Source of the DNA: a virus
Strand: one strand, 5' to 3'
Virus record (IMG/VR): IMGVR_UViG_3300011116_000922
Span: 1 to 64,000 of that record
DNA length: 64,000 bases
Shown here: positions 56,075 through 64,000 of the stretch, in pieces
Numbering within the stretch: position 1 is the first letter of the stretch
Layout of the letters: each line of letters starts with the position of its first letter
Translations under genes and position numbers: made by a program
Notes under the pieces: model-generated
The model's database searches: none
What the model was told of the DNA's origin: nothing
Seen by the model: the letters and a program-made list of their open reading frames with translations, nothing else

Positions 56075-56879
56075 CCAAATAATCAGCGGACAGAATCTTG
56101 CTGCAAAGTGCGACTATGTGTTCGCGCAAATGTGGGACACCGGATCAGGAGCAGTTCCAATTTTTGCAAAGTATGCTCCTGCTTTCAAGGGTGGAGAATT
56201 AGTGTTTTGCAAGACGGACTACATTGTTGCCCTGCACGATGTAGTGAAGGAATGTGTTCCTAGAGATGTGCCGTTCACTGTTCTGACTCACGACAGCGAC
56301 TATCCCGTTACCCAAGACATGACACAACTGTTTGCAGACAGACCCGTGAAATGGTACGGCATGAACTGCTCCACGGAAACAGCGAATCCTGTGCCTATTG
56401 GAATTGCAAACACATACTGCAATCTCACCATGAAGGGCAAGGATTTCCAAGCAGCGTCCCCTTCTAGGCTTCTGTATGTAAACCACCGTACCGAAAACTT
56501 TCCGATGGAACGCGAGTGGCTGTATCCGTACTTTTCAGGAAAAACTTGGTGTACGGTGAAGCAGCCGTATCCCAAGGGAGAGATTGCACAATACAAGCAG
56601 GAACTATTGGATCACAAGTTTGTCTTGTGCCCCCGAGGAAACGGCGTGGATACGCATCGTCTTTGGGAAGCCTTGTATTGCGGGGTGATTCCGATAGTGA
56701 AACGCCACCGCACACATCGTCCACTGGAAGGCAATCTGCCTATCATGTTCGTGGATGATTACAAGGAAGTCACGGAAGACCTATTGACTCGCAAGTACGA
56801 TGAGTTTTCATCAACCGAATGGAAGCGAGATATGCTGACTGTATCGTGGTGGATAGACAACATGAAGAAAGGACTGTAA
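56061..56879 (+). CDS. Exostosin-like (GT47) glycosyltransferase
   Basis: KFVLCPRGNGVDTHRLWEALYCGVIPIV. Confidence 0.8.
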   Translation: MIPSDQIISGQNLAAKCDYVFAQMWDTGSGAVPIFAKYAPAFKGGELVFCKTDYIVALHDVVKECVPRDVPFTVLTHDSDYPVTQDMTQLFADRPVKWYGMNCSTETANPVPIGIANTYCNLTMKGKDFQAASPSRLLYVNHRTENFPMEREWLYPYFSGKTWCTVKQPYPKGEIAQYKQELLDHKFVLCPRGNGVDTHRLWEALYCGVIPIVKRHRTHRPLEGNLPIMFVDDYKEVTEDLLTRKYDEFSSTEWKRDMLTVSWWIDNMKKGL

Positions 56880-57571
56880 TGCACCTTAATATACTGAACA
56901 ACCAATACATCGAAGAACTGTACACAGAATATGTGATAAAGGAGTCTTCATACTTCCAACGATTTGAAGACCTGAACGCAGTATTGAGTCCACAGGAACT
57001 CGCTGCTTACAGTCGTATGGATCCACCGCGAGTGGTTTCCATAATTGACTTTAAGGAGTGGGTAAAAAAGTACGGCATAGATCAGGGAGAAAATCTGCTG
57101 TCAACTTGCCCATCGGATCCCGAACTCAAGTACATCAAGTACAAGAATGTCACGGGGGTATACTACCCTCCCCATGATCTTCATACATTCGATGTCCCAA
57201 AGAAGGACAATGATTTTGCAATCTTCAATCAGACCATTGAGCATCTGCACACTCCGATTTTGGCAATCAATCGTATTCGTGAACACCTGAAGGACGGAGG
57301 GTATGTGTATACCACCGTGCCAACCATAAACATTCCACACCTGACACCCATTCACTTCAATGGGCTGACTCCAACTGGTCTTTGTGCCCTGATGGAGTCT
57401 TGCGGATTTGAGGTGTGTGAGTGCGGTTACTGGGGCAACAAGAAGTATATCGACTACATCTTTACGCATGGAGATTGGCCAAACTACAAACAAGTTCTTG
57501 ACGAGAGCGGAAAGTTGAAGTATGATCCGGTGTGTCAGGCACAAACATGGGTTCTAGCAAAGAAGGTATAA
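56879..57571 (+). CDS. SAM methyltransferase (type 11-like)
   Basis: DF.I.NQTIEHL..P, LK.GG..Y..VP; start refined to ATG 56879. Confidence 0.7.
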   Translation: MHLNILNNQYIEELYTEYVIKESSYFQRFEDLNAVLSPQELAAYSRMDPPRVVSIIDFKEWVKKYGIDQGENLLSTCPSDPELKYIKYKNVTGVYYPPHDLHTFDVPKKDNDFAIFNQTIEHLHTPILAINRIREHLKDGGYVYTTVPTINIPHLTPIHFNGLTPTGLCALMESCGFEVCECGYWGNKKYIDYIFTHGDWPNYKQVLDESGKLKYDPVCQAQTWVLAKKV

Positions 57572-57572
57572 T

Positions 57573-58274
57573 ATGCCAGTAGACATAAAAACAACCATTC
57601 TCCATTACAAGCCCCTTGCAGATCGTAAGGAAAACATGATCCGGCAGATGGAAAGGCACGACTTTACGGACTATTCTTTCTATGAAGAGTTTGACGGAAA
57701 CGAACTAGACGAAACCGTAATCCGGGCACACTATTCCGATGTTCGTGAGTTTGGAGAAGAAACTCAACACAAGGCATCTGTTTATGAGCGTTTGATTCCC
57801 GGTAGTAGCAAAACCGTGAACCCGTTGACTATGGGAGAGATATCTATTGCTACGAAGTTCGGAAAAGTATTTGAAAAATTGAGTCTGTCGGATGGAGATT
57901 ACTTTTTGATATTTGAAGATGATGTCATCCTTTGTCAGAATTTTGAAACGAACTTGACAAATTTTCTAAACGCCACACCAAATGATTGGGATGCCATCTA
58001 TTTTGGTAGCGGGGCAAATATGAAGCCTAGATCCATCAAAGACGGATGTGTTGCTTATTTGACAGATCATCCTGCTTCGCGGTGTGCGGATTCCATACTG
58101 ATAAAAAAGTCCGCTATTACTGATTTGGCTAAAACATGGTTTCCGTTTCATCTGCCTGCTGATTGGGAACTGGGATATCAACATTTTTTGCATAATCATC
58201 GTGTGTATTGGTGGGAACCTAGCCTGACTCGTCAAGGTTCGGAATATGGAATTTTCAAGAGTTCTTTGAGGTAA
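57573..58274 (+). CDS. GT25 family glycosyltransferase
   Basis: DRK..M, LTMGEI, LIFEDDV, P.DWD.IYFG, LP.D. Confidence 0.8.
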   Translation: MPVDIKTTILHYKPLADRKENMIRQMERHDFTDYSFYEEFDGNELDETVIRAHYSDVREFGEETQHKASVYERLIPGSSKTVNPLTMGEISIATKFGKVFEKLSLSDGDYFLIFEDDVILCQNFETNLTNFLNATPNDWDAIYFGSGANMKPRSIKDGCVAYLTDHPASRCADSILIKKSAITDLAKTWFPFHLPADWELGYQHFLHNHRVYWWEPSLTRQGSEYGIFKSSLR

Positions 58275-58276
58275 GT

Positions 58277-59194
58277 ATGAGTAAGCCTAAAATCAAACTG
58301 TGGTTTTCTGACATGTGGGGATACGATGAGTTCCAGTTCAACCCAATGGACAATTATTTCACGGATCTATTTTCCGCGAAGTACGATGTGGTGCTAGACG
58401 AACATTCCCCCGATCTTCTTGTATACAGTTGTTTTTCTCGAAATCATCTTAAGTACAATGGTAGATGCAAGAAACTGTTTTATTCGGGAGAAAACATCAC
58501 CCCCGCAAGCGATCCCCATCGCAAGGTAAATCCTGATTTCAACGAGTGTGATCTTTTCATGGGAAAATTTCCAACGGATGATCGCTGCTACTACCACCCG
58601 CTTTGGGTTTTGTTTGTGAATTGGTTTAATAAGACGCAGCCAAGATCGTATCCTAGTAATCCCACCTTCCATGTTGAAGCGGATTCTCTTTTGGTGGAAC
58701 GACCCTATACACCAAAGAGCAAGTTCTGCTGCTTCATCAACAATAATCCAATAGAAGATCGGGTAAACCTATTCAATGGGTTGCATTCATATAAACATGT
58801 TGACAGTTACGGTTACCTGTATAACAATGTTGGATATGCATTACGGGGATCGGAAAAGGCAAAGATTGATGTTGTCAACCATTATAAATTCACCATTGCT
58901 TTTGAGAACAGTTTTTACCCCGGTTACATAACAGAAAAATTGGTTCAACCGTATTCGGTTGGTTCGATTCCTATCTACTCAGGTGGATTAGACGAAACCG
59001 TGTTCAACAAGAAGAGTATGGTGTATCGTGGAGACTACCAATCAATTCAAGATGTGATTGATGAAGTCAAGAAGATTGACCAAAACGATGATCTGTATCA
59101 GGAATACATGAGTGAGCCTTTGTTTAATGAAAACCGCATTCCCGATTGTTTCCGTCCCGAAAATGTATTGAAATGGATAGAGGAGAGACTATGA
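58277..59194 (+). CDS. GT10 alpha-1,3/4-fucosyltransferase-like
   Basis: KFCCF, YK.VDS.G, signature YKFTIAFENSFYPGYITEKL, IPIY.G. Confidence 0.9.
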   Translation: MSKPKIKLWFSDMWGYDEFQFNPMDNYFTDLFSAKYDVVLDEHSPDLLVYSCFSRNHLKYNGRCKKLFYSGENITPASDPHRKVNPDFNECDLFMGKFPTDDRCYYHPLWVLFVNWFNKTQPRSYPSNPTFHVEADSLLVERPYTPKSKFCCFINNNPIEDRVNLFNGLHSYKHVDSYGYLYNNVGYALRGSEKAKIDVVNHYKFTIAFENSFYPGYITEKLVQPYSVGSIPIYSGGLDETVFNKKSMVYRGDYQSIQDVIDEVKKIDQNDDLYQEYMSEPLFNENRIPDCFRPENVLKWIEERL

Positions 59195-59982
59195 AAATTT
59201 GTTTGATAAATCAGCCTGCCGGATTGGGAGACATTTTTTACACTCAAAGAATTGGACAGCACTTCCGTTCTTTGGGTTACGAGATAGTGTGGCCCGTAAT
59301 CAAAGCATACGATTGGCTATCCAATTACATGACTAGTGAGGGGACACATTTCTTTACGGAAGACTTGCCTTTTGTTGGCATGGAACTGTATCACGGCAGA
59401 AGCCGGGAGTTGATCTTGACCGACTCCTTCTGTTACATACCACTGCGTTTTGCTAGTTTTCATCCCAACGCAGCAGGCTTGGAAATACTGGAAGCCAAAT
59501 ACGGTATGCTTAATATGCTTCCCGAAGCAAGTCGATGGGAGGAATCGTTCACATTCAAGAGGAATAGCGAAAAGGAAAAGAGCCTGTTCTATAATGTGCT
59601 TGGCTTGAAAGACGGAGAAGATTTCATCTTCAGCAACAGTTGGATTGGTTCTCCCGATGGTTTGAATATGCAGAGATTGGGACATGTCAATTTTGACAAC
59701 AAGGGAATCCGAGTAGTTGAGCATGATGCATTTATTGGTGGTGGAATAGGAACATATACGATATTTGATTGGTCTTTGGTTCTTGAACGAGCCAAGCAGA
59801 TACACACGCCAAATACCGGAATGTGCTTTCTCATAGACAGACTTGACACGCAGGCTGATAAAGAACACAAGTTCATGTATCACCGCGACAAGAACAACAG
59901 TCAGGGAAACAGCATAAACGATAATTGGAACTACACAAAGAACAGTTTGAACCCATCCAAGTGGACTTACATGGATAACTAA
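59191..59982 (+). CDS. Hypothetical protein, possible GT-B fold transferase
   Basis: N-terminal QPAGLGDIF; IFDW..V.E.A..IH; ATGA-coupled within the island. Confidence 0.55.
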   Translation: MKICLINQPAGLGDIFYTQRIGQHFRSLGYEIVWPVIKAYDWLSNYMTSEGTHFFTEDLPFVGMELYHGRSRELILTDSFCYIPLRFASFHPNAAGLEILEAKYGMLNMLPEASRWEESFTFKRNSEKEKSLFYNVLGLKDGEDFIFSNSWIGSPDGLNMQRLGHVNFDNKGIRVVEHDAFIGGGIGTYTIFDWSLVLERAKQIHTPNTGMCFLIDRLDTQADKEHKFMYHRDKNNSQGNSINDNWNYTKNSLNPSKWTYMDN

Positions 59983-59983
59983 A

Positions 59984-60221
59984 ATGAATCATCTAGACAT
60001 AAACAACGAGTTGGGAACCATCAGAATCATAAACAGCAGCATCAATGAAGATGTCTGTATATGGAAGCATCGGGCATTTGAAAAATCAAAGGGATCCCAT
60101 ACTATATTTGTGGAAATCCGAAATCGAATCTATCATAAAGCAAATCAATCCCGACTACATAATCTCATACGAACCTACTCCTCATCACCCTGAAGAGATA
60201 CTGGTCGCAAAGATTCCTTGA
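59984..60221 (+). pseudogene. Probable deleted/frameshifted gene remnant
   Basis: Frame A gives ...SKGSHTIFV; another frame from about 60111 gives KSEIESIIKQINPDYIISYEPTPHHPEEILVAKIP-stop. Confidence 0.45.
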
Positions 60222-60241
60222 ACTCTAGTGAGGTTTTAACC

Positions 60242-61465
60242 ATGAAAGAATTGTTTAGTCTTGGAAACTTGTATGTCTCTGATTTTCTTAAAGACACCGA
60301 GTCTCCCCGTGGAGAAAGAACAGAACTCAAGTTGATGCTTGAGCCGGAAACGGGTGCTGTCCGATTAGAACAGGCAGCACCACTAGATGTGATGTACGGA
60401 AAGTATTGGTATCGTTCCGGTATAAATTCTTCAATGAGAAACGAATTGAAGTCCATCGTTGACTCCATTCTTCCTCTTATGAATTTCAAGGAGAACAATC
60501 TGTGGCTAGACATAGCATCTAACGATGGAACTCTGTTGAGTTATGTCCCGAAGACTTTTATCAGGATGGGAATAGATCCGGTTGAAGACACATTCGTGAC
60601 GGAAGCCAAGCAACATGCAGATGACATTGTTCAGGACTACTTTACCGAAGCAGCATTCCGGTCATCTAGATTTGGAAATCTGAAGGCAAAGGTAGTTACA
60701 TCTATTGCGATGTTTTATGATTTGGAAAATCCCAAGTCATTCATTTCTGATGTGATGAATGTGATGGACGACAACGGAATTTGGGTTCTTCAGTTGTCGT
60801 ATACTCCACTTATGATTAAGCAACTGGCTTTCGATAACATCTGCCATGAACACATCTATTACTACTCGCTGTTCAACATCAAGAAGATGTTTGAAGAGAT
60901 GGGTCTTAAGATAATGGATGTTCAACTGAATGACACCAATGGAGGATCGTTCAGAATCTATGCCATGAAGCAGAAGGCTGATTCGGGTGTATTCTCCACG
61001 CAACCATATCGTGATGTGTGTGAATTCAGAATCAACTCTCTGCTAGAATACGAGAAGAGTTTGAACCTAGATTCCGTAGAGACATGGAATGGGTTCTATG
61101 AGCGCATCAATTCTCTGAAGGAATCGTTGGTCGGATTTATCAAGCAAGAGAAGAGCAAGGGAAAGAAGATATGGGGCTACGGTGCGTCCACGAAGGGAAA
61201 CACCCTGCTCCAATATTTTGGCTTGGATCACACCCTTGTTGATGGTATTGCGGAGAGAAGCGTTTATAAGTTTGGACTTAAGACCGTAGGAACAAATATA
61301 CCGATTTACTCCGAAGATGAGATGAGAGCGGCAAAGCCGGACTATCTACTTGTGCTGCCTTGGCACTTCATCAACGAATTTATTTCAAGGGAAGATGAGT
61401 ACCTCAAGTCCGGTGGAAAGTTGATTGTTCCCTGCCCGGAATTCAAAGTGATCTCTTTGTATTGA
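60242..61465 (+). CDS. NDP-hexose C-methyltransferase
   Basis: LDIASNDGTLL, FDNICHEH.YYYS, GGSFR, GYGASTKGNTLL, LVLPWHF; start refined to ATG 60242 after GAGG. Confidence 0.88.
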   Translation: MKELFSLGNLYVSDFLKDTESPRGERTELKLMLEPETGAVRLEQAAPLDVMYGKYWYRSGINSSMRNELKSIVDSILPLMNFKENNLWLDIASNDGTLLSYVPKTFIRMGIDPVEDTFVTEAKQHADDIVQDYFTEAAFRSSRFGNLKAKVVTSIAMFYDLENPKSFISDVMNVMDDNGIWVLQLSYTPLMIKQLAFDNICHEHIYYYSLFNIKKMFEEMGLKIMDVQLNDTNGGSFRIYAMKQKADSGVFSTQPYRDVCEFRINSLLEYEKSLNLDSVETWNGFYERINSLKESLVGFIKQEKSKGKKIWGYGASTKGNTLLQYFGLDHTLVDGIAERSVYKFGLKTVGTNIPIYSEDEMRAAKPDYLLVLPWHFINEFISREDEYLKSGGKLIVPCPEFKVISLY

Positions 61466-61474
61466 AAGGACTAT

Positions 61475-61726
61475 ATGGAAACCATTGGAAATCTTGTAGA
61501 CAAGTTGAGTATCGTGAACATCCGTGTTTGGATGGAAGAAAACAAGAAGAGAGACAAGACCGCAACAGACAAGCAAATTGCAGATGCTACCCGTGTCACC
61601 AACATCTGCAATCAGCAGCGGAACGATCTGATTCAGCAGATTGATGAAACCATCAATCATCTGTTGCAGACCGGAAAACTTCAAAAGTTGTACGGTCAGG
61701 GTTCAACCAAAAACTACGAGGGCTAA
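61475..61726 (+). CDS. DUF4254-like small helical protein
   Basis: ETIGNLVDKLSI, W..EE, NQQRNDLI..IDE. Confidence 0.65.
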   Translation: METIGNLVDKLSIVNIRVWMEENKKRDKTATDKQIADATRVTNICNQQRNDLIQQIDETINHLLQTGKLQKLYGQGSTKNYEG

Positions 61727-61729
61727 ATC

Positions 61730-62644
61730 ATGGCTACACTCATAACAGGAGGAAGTGGTCTACTGGGATCTCACTTTTCTTGGGGGCTTAAGCCAACTAG
61801 AAAAGAGTTGGATCTGTTGGATTACGCTTCATTGGCTGATTACATCAAGAAAAACGATGTCACCAAGATAATACACTCTGCGGCTATAGTTGGTGGTGTT
61901 CATGCAAATACCAGTTTGATTTGTGATTTCTTTTTGGGAAATCTTGAAATGAATTCCAATGTGCTAAAGGCTTGCCGGGAATTCAAGTTGAATAACAGTG
62001 TGTTTATACTGTCAACATGTGTGTTTCCATCAGAGGCTGTTCTGCCTATCAGAGAATCGGTGATTCACGATGGAGAACCCCATCACACAAACTATGGATA
62101 TGCATACGCAAAGAGGATGCTTGAGGTCGGATCTAGAGTGTTGAAGCAGCAATACGGAGTCAATACCACTTGCTTGATACCAACAAATCTGTACGGAGAA
62201 AACGACAACCACGATCTTATGAACGGGCATCTCATTCCTAGCCTAATCCACAAGTGCTATTTGGCAAAGAAAAACAATACCGATTTTATAATTTGGGGTG
62301 ATGGAACTCCTCTTCGTGAAATAATCTATGCGGGAGATGTTGTCAGAATAATAGAACACATCAGCGAAGGACAAAATCGTGGAGTGGAATATCCGCGCAT
62401 GATTATTGTTTCTTCTTCGGTTGAGCATTCCACTAGGCAGGTAGCCGAACTCATAGCCAAGAAGATGGGATTTACTGGAAATATAGTTTTCGACACCACT
62501 CGCCCTAACGGTGCCCACAAAAAGACTTCAGACAATAGCGTACTGAGGCAGCACTTCCCGGAATTCACATGGACGGAATTGGAAAAGGGTATAGAGTTGT
62601 CCATAAACCACTTCATAAACAACTATCCGAATGTTAGAAAATGA
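61730..62644 (+). CDS. fcl: GDP-L-fucose synthase (epimerase/reductase)
   Basis: TGGSGLLG, AA.VGG..AN, STCVFP, YAYAKR, PTNLYG..DN, H.IP.LIHK, WGDG.PLRE. Confidence 0.9.
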   Translation: MATLITGGSGLLGSHFSWGLKPTRKELDLLDYASLADYIKKNDVTKIIHSAAIVGGVHANTSLICDFFLGNLEMNSNVLKACREFKLNNSVFILSTCVFPSEAVLPIRESVIHDGEPHHTNYGYAYAKRMLEVGSRVLKQQYGVNTTCLIPTNLYGENDNHDLMNGHLIPSLIHKCYLAKKNNTDFIIWGDGTPLREIIYAGDVVRIIEHISEGQNRGVEYPRMIIVSSSVEHSTRQVAELIAKKMGFTGNIVFDTTRPNGAHKKTSDNSVLRQHFPEFTWTELEKGIELSINHFINNYPNVRK

Positions 62645-63492
62645 AATCAGTAGTAATACCAACTAGAAATGATAACTATGGTTATTTTTTGACAGAAAGA
62701 ACCATTCAGTGCTTGAACAATATGGTGTCGAATTTCGATGAGGTGATAGTTGTTGATTGGAATTCGCCTGATGGTGTTCCTGCTATACGGCAAGCCATAA
62801 ACTCCATTCAGAAAACCGGGAAAATTCGGTGTATTGTTGTTCCAAAAGAAGTAGTGGAAAAACATATTCCGCATGATACAAATCCGTGTTGTGATGTGAT
62901 TGCACGGAATGTGGGAATACAGCGGGCAAGAAGCGACTGGATTCTGTCTTCAAATATTGATATATTGTGTTCGCCTTTTGACGAACGCTCTTTGTCTTCC
63001 GACACCATGTATACATCTGCGAAATATACAGTTCCCGAACATGTACATCTGCTTCACACTCTTCCTATGAGTAATGATGACAAGATGATGTTTTTGAAAA
63101 ATAACAAACAACATTTTCCGAGGATGGAACTGTGTGCAAATAGTATTCACCATAGGGATGATGTGTATTCCTTATGCACGGGATGTGGGGATTTTCAACT
63201 TGCACACCGTGATCTTTGGAATGCCATTCGTGGATATGAAGAAGCACTGCATAAGAGAGATTATGCTGACACCAATGTTCAGGTTAAGGCAGCAAACCAT
63301 CCATCTAAAAAAATCAGTCTTTTGGATGTTGATATTTTCCACATGAATCACGACACGAAGTGCCCATATTTAACAAAAGGCTCTTCTTTGGCAATGAACA
63401 AAAAGGAAGACGCTTTCGTCACCTATGCCACAACAGCCAACTCTGAAACATGGGGATTGGCTGACCACACCTTTGAGGAGATAGTGATCTGA
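62641..63492 (+). CDS. GT-A fold glycosyltransferase-like protein
   Basis: RNDNYG, VVDWNS, ARNVGI.RA, SNIDI, GDFQLA, GY.E. Confidence 0.7.
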   Translation: MKSVVIPTRNDNYGYFLTERTIQCLNNMVSNFDEVIVVDWNSPDGVPAIRQAINSIQKTGKIRCIVVPKEVVEKHIPHDTNPCCDVIARNVGIQRARSDWILSSNIDILCSPFDERSLSSDTMYTSAKYTVPEHVHLLHTLPMSNDDKMMFLKNNKQHFPRMELCANSIHHRDDVYSLCTGCGDFQLAHRDLWNAIRGYEEALHKRDYADTNVQVKAANHPSKKISLLDVDIFHMNHDTKCPYLTKGSSLAMNKKEDAFVTYATTANSETWGLADHTFEEIVI

Positions 63493-63493
63493 C

Positions 63494-64000
63494 ATGAACA
63501 AGTATATTGTTACAACCACAATTCATCCCCCGACAGAAGCACTTATTCGTTTTTCAAAAATGAATGATTGGAAACTGATTGTGGTGGGAGACATGAAGAC
63601 TCCACACGAATCATACAGGGATGTGAATTGTTCGTATCTGCACCCGGAGTATCAGAGCGAAAGATACAAGAAATTGAGTGATGTTTTAGGATGGAATACT
63701 ATCACTCGTAGGAATATTGGATTTGTCGAAGCGTACAATTGTGGAGCAGACATCATAGCAACTGTAGATGACGACAACATTCCATACGATTTTTGGGGAA
63801 CCAATGTTGTTGTTGGAAAAGAAGTTTTGCTTGATGTGTACGATGCATCATCGGTTGGTGTGTTTGATGCTTTGAGTGTAACAAATCATTCTAATCTATG
63901 GCACCGAGGATTCCCTACCCAAAGACTAGAAGTCAAGAACAATGTAAAATATCTTGGCAAGCATATGGTAAAGATTGATGTTCAGGCAGACCTATGGGAC
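63494..64000 (+). CDS. STELLO/DUF288-like glycosyltransferase (truncated at window edge)
   Basis: Not in the ORF track. Read by hand: MNKYIVTTTIHPPTEA..., IVVGD.KTP, RRNIGF..AY..GA.II..VDDDN, WHRGFP. Confidence 0.75.
   Translation, partial: MNKYIVTTTIHPPTEALIRFSKMNDWKLIVVGDMKTPHESYRDVNCSYLHPEYQSERYKKLSDVLGWNTITRRNIGFVEAYNCGADIIATVDDDNIPYDFWGTNVVVGKEVLLDVYDASSVGVFDALSVTNHSNLWHRGFPTQRLEVKNNVKYLGKHMVKIDVQADLWD

Noticed and set aside
1-64000. Stop-codon recoding, introns, inteins, homing endonucleases, tRNAs
   Set aside because: Core genes are uninterrupted and normal in length, TAG ends gp62, and no cloverleaf or splice motifs were recognised by eye.
52618-64000. DNA hypermodification cluster as the primary call
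   Set aside because: No base hydroxymethylase, TET/JBP or T4-type DNA glucosyltransferase recognised here; kept only as an alternative.
1-64000. Host assignment
   Set aside because: No photosynthesis or other host-diagnostic genes in the window.

Overview
A 64-kb slice of a large T4-like myovirus genome, with gene order resembling marine and freshwater cyanophage/pelagiphage-type T4 relatives rather than enterobacterial T4. Standard genetic code, no introns or inteins seen. Layout: (i) a minus-strand block (truncated Pro/Thr-repeat protein, gp51, gp26, tube-like gp54, gp2, gp4); (ii) a plus-strand morphogenesis block (gp48, 53, 27-like, 5, PAAR, 25, 6, 7, 8, DUF4815, repeat-rich fibre, gp13-23, gp3); (iii) a recombination/replication block (uvsY, deaminase, uvsW, gp55, 47, 46, rnh, 45, 44, 62, regA); (iv) a >11-kb glycan-biosynthesis island after regA (about nine glycosyltransferase-like genes, three methyltransferases, GDP-L-fucose synthase) that runs off the right edge. 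The best candidate for an undescribed system is virion glycosylation: outer structural proteins are dense in a G-x-(T/S) motif placed in insertions, extensions and once per repeat of the fibre, and the island lies behind late-promoter-like motifs. That link is inference. All family calls come from motif recognition by eye; no searches were run.
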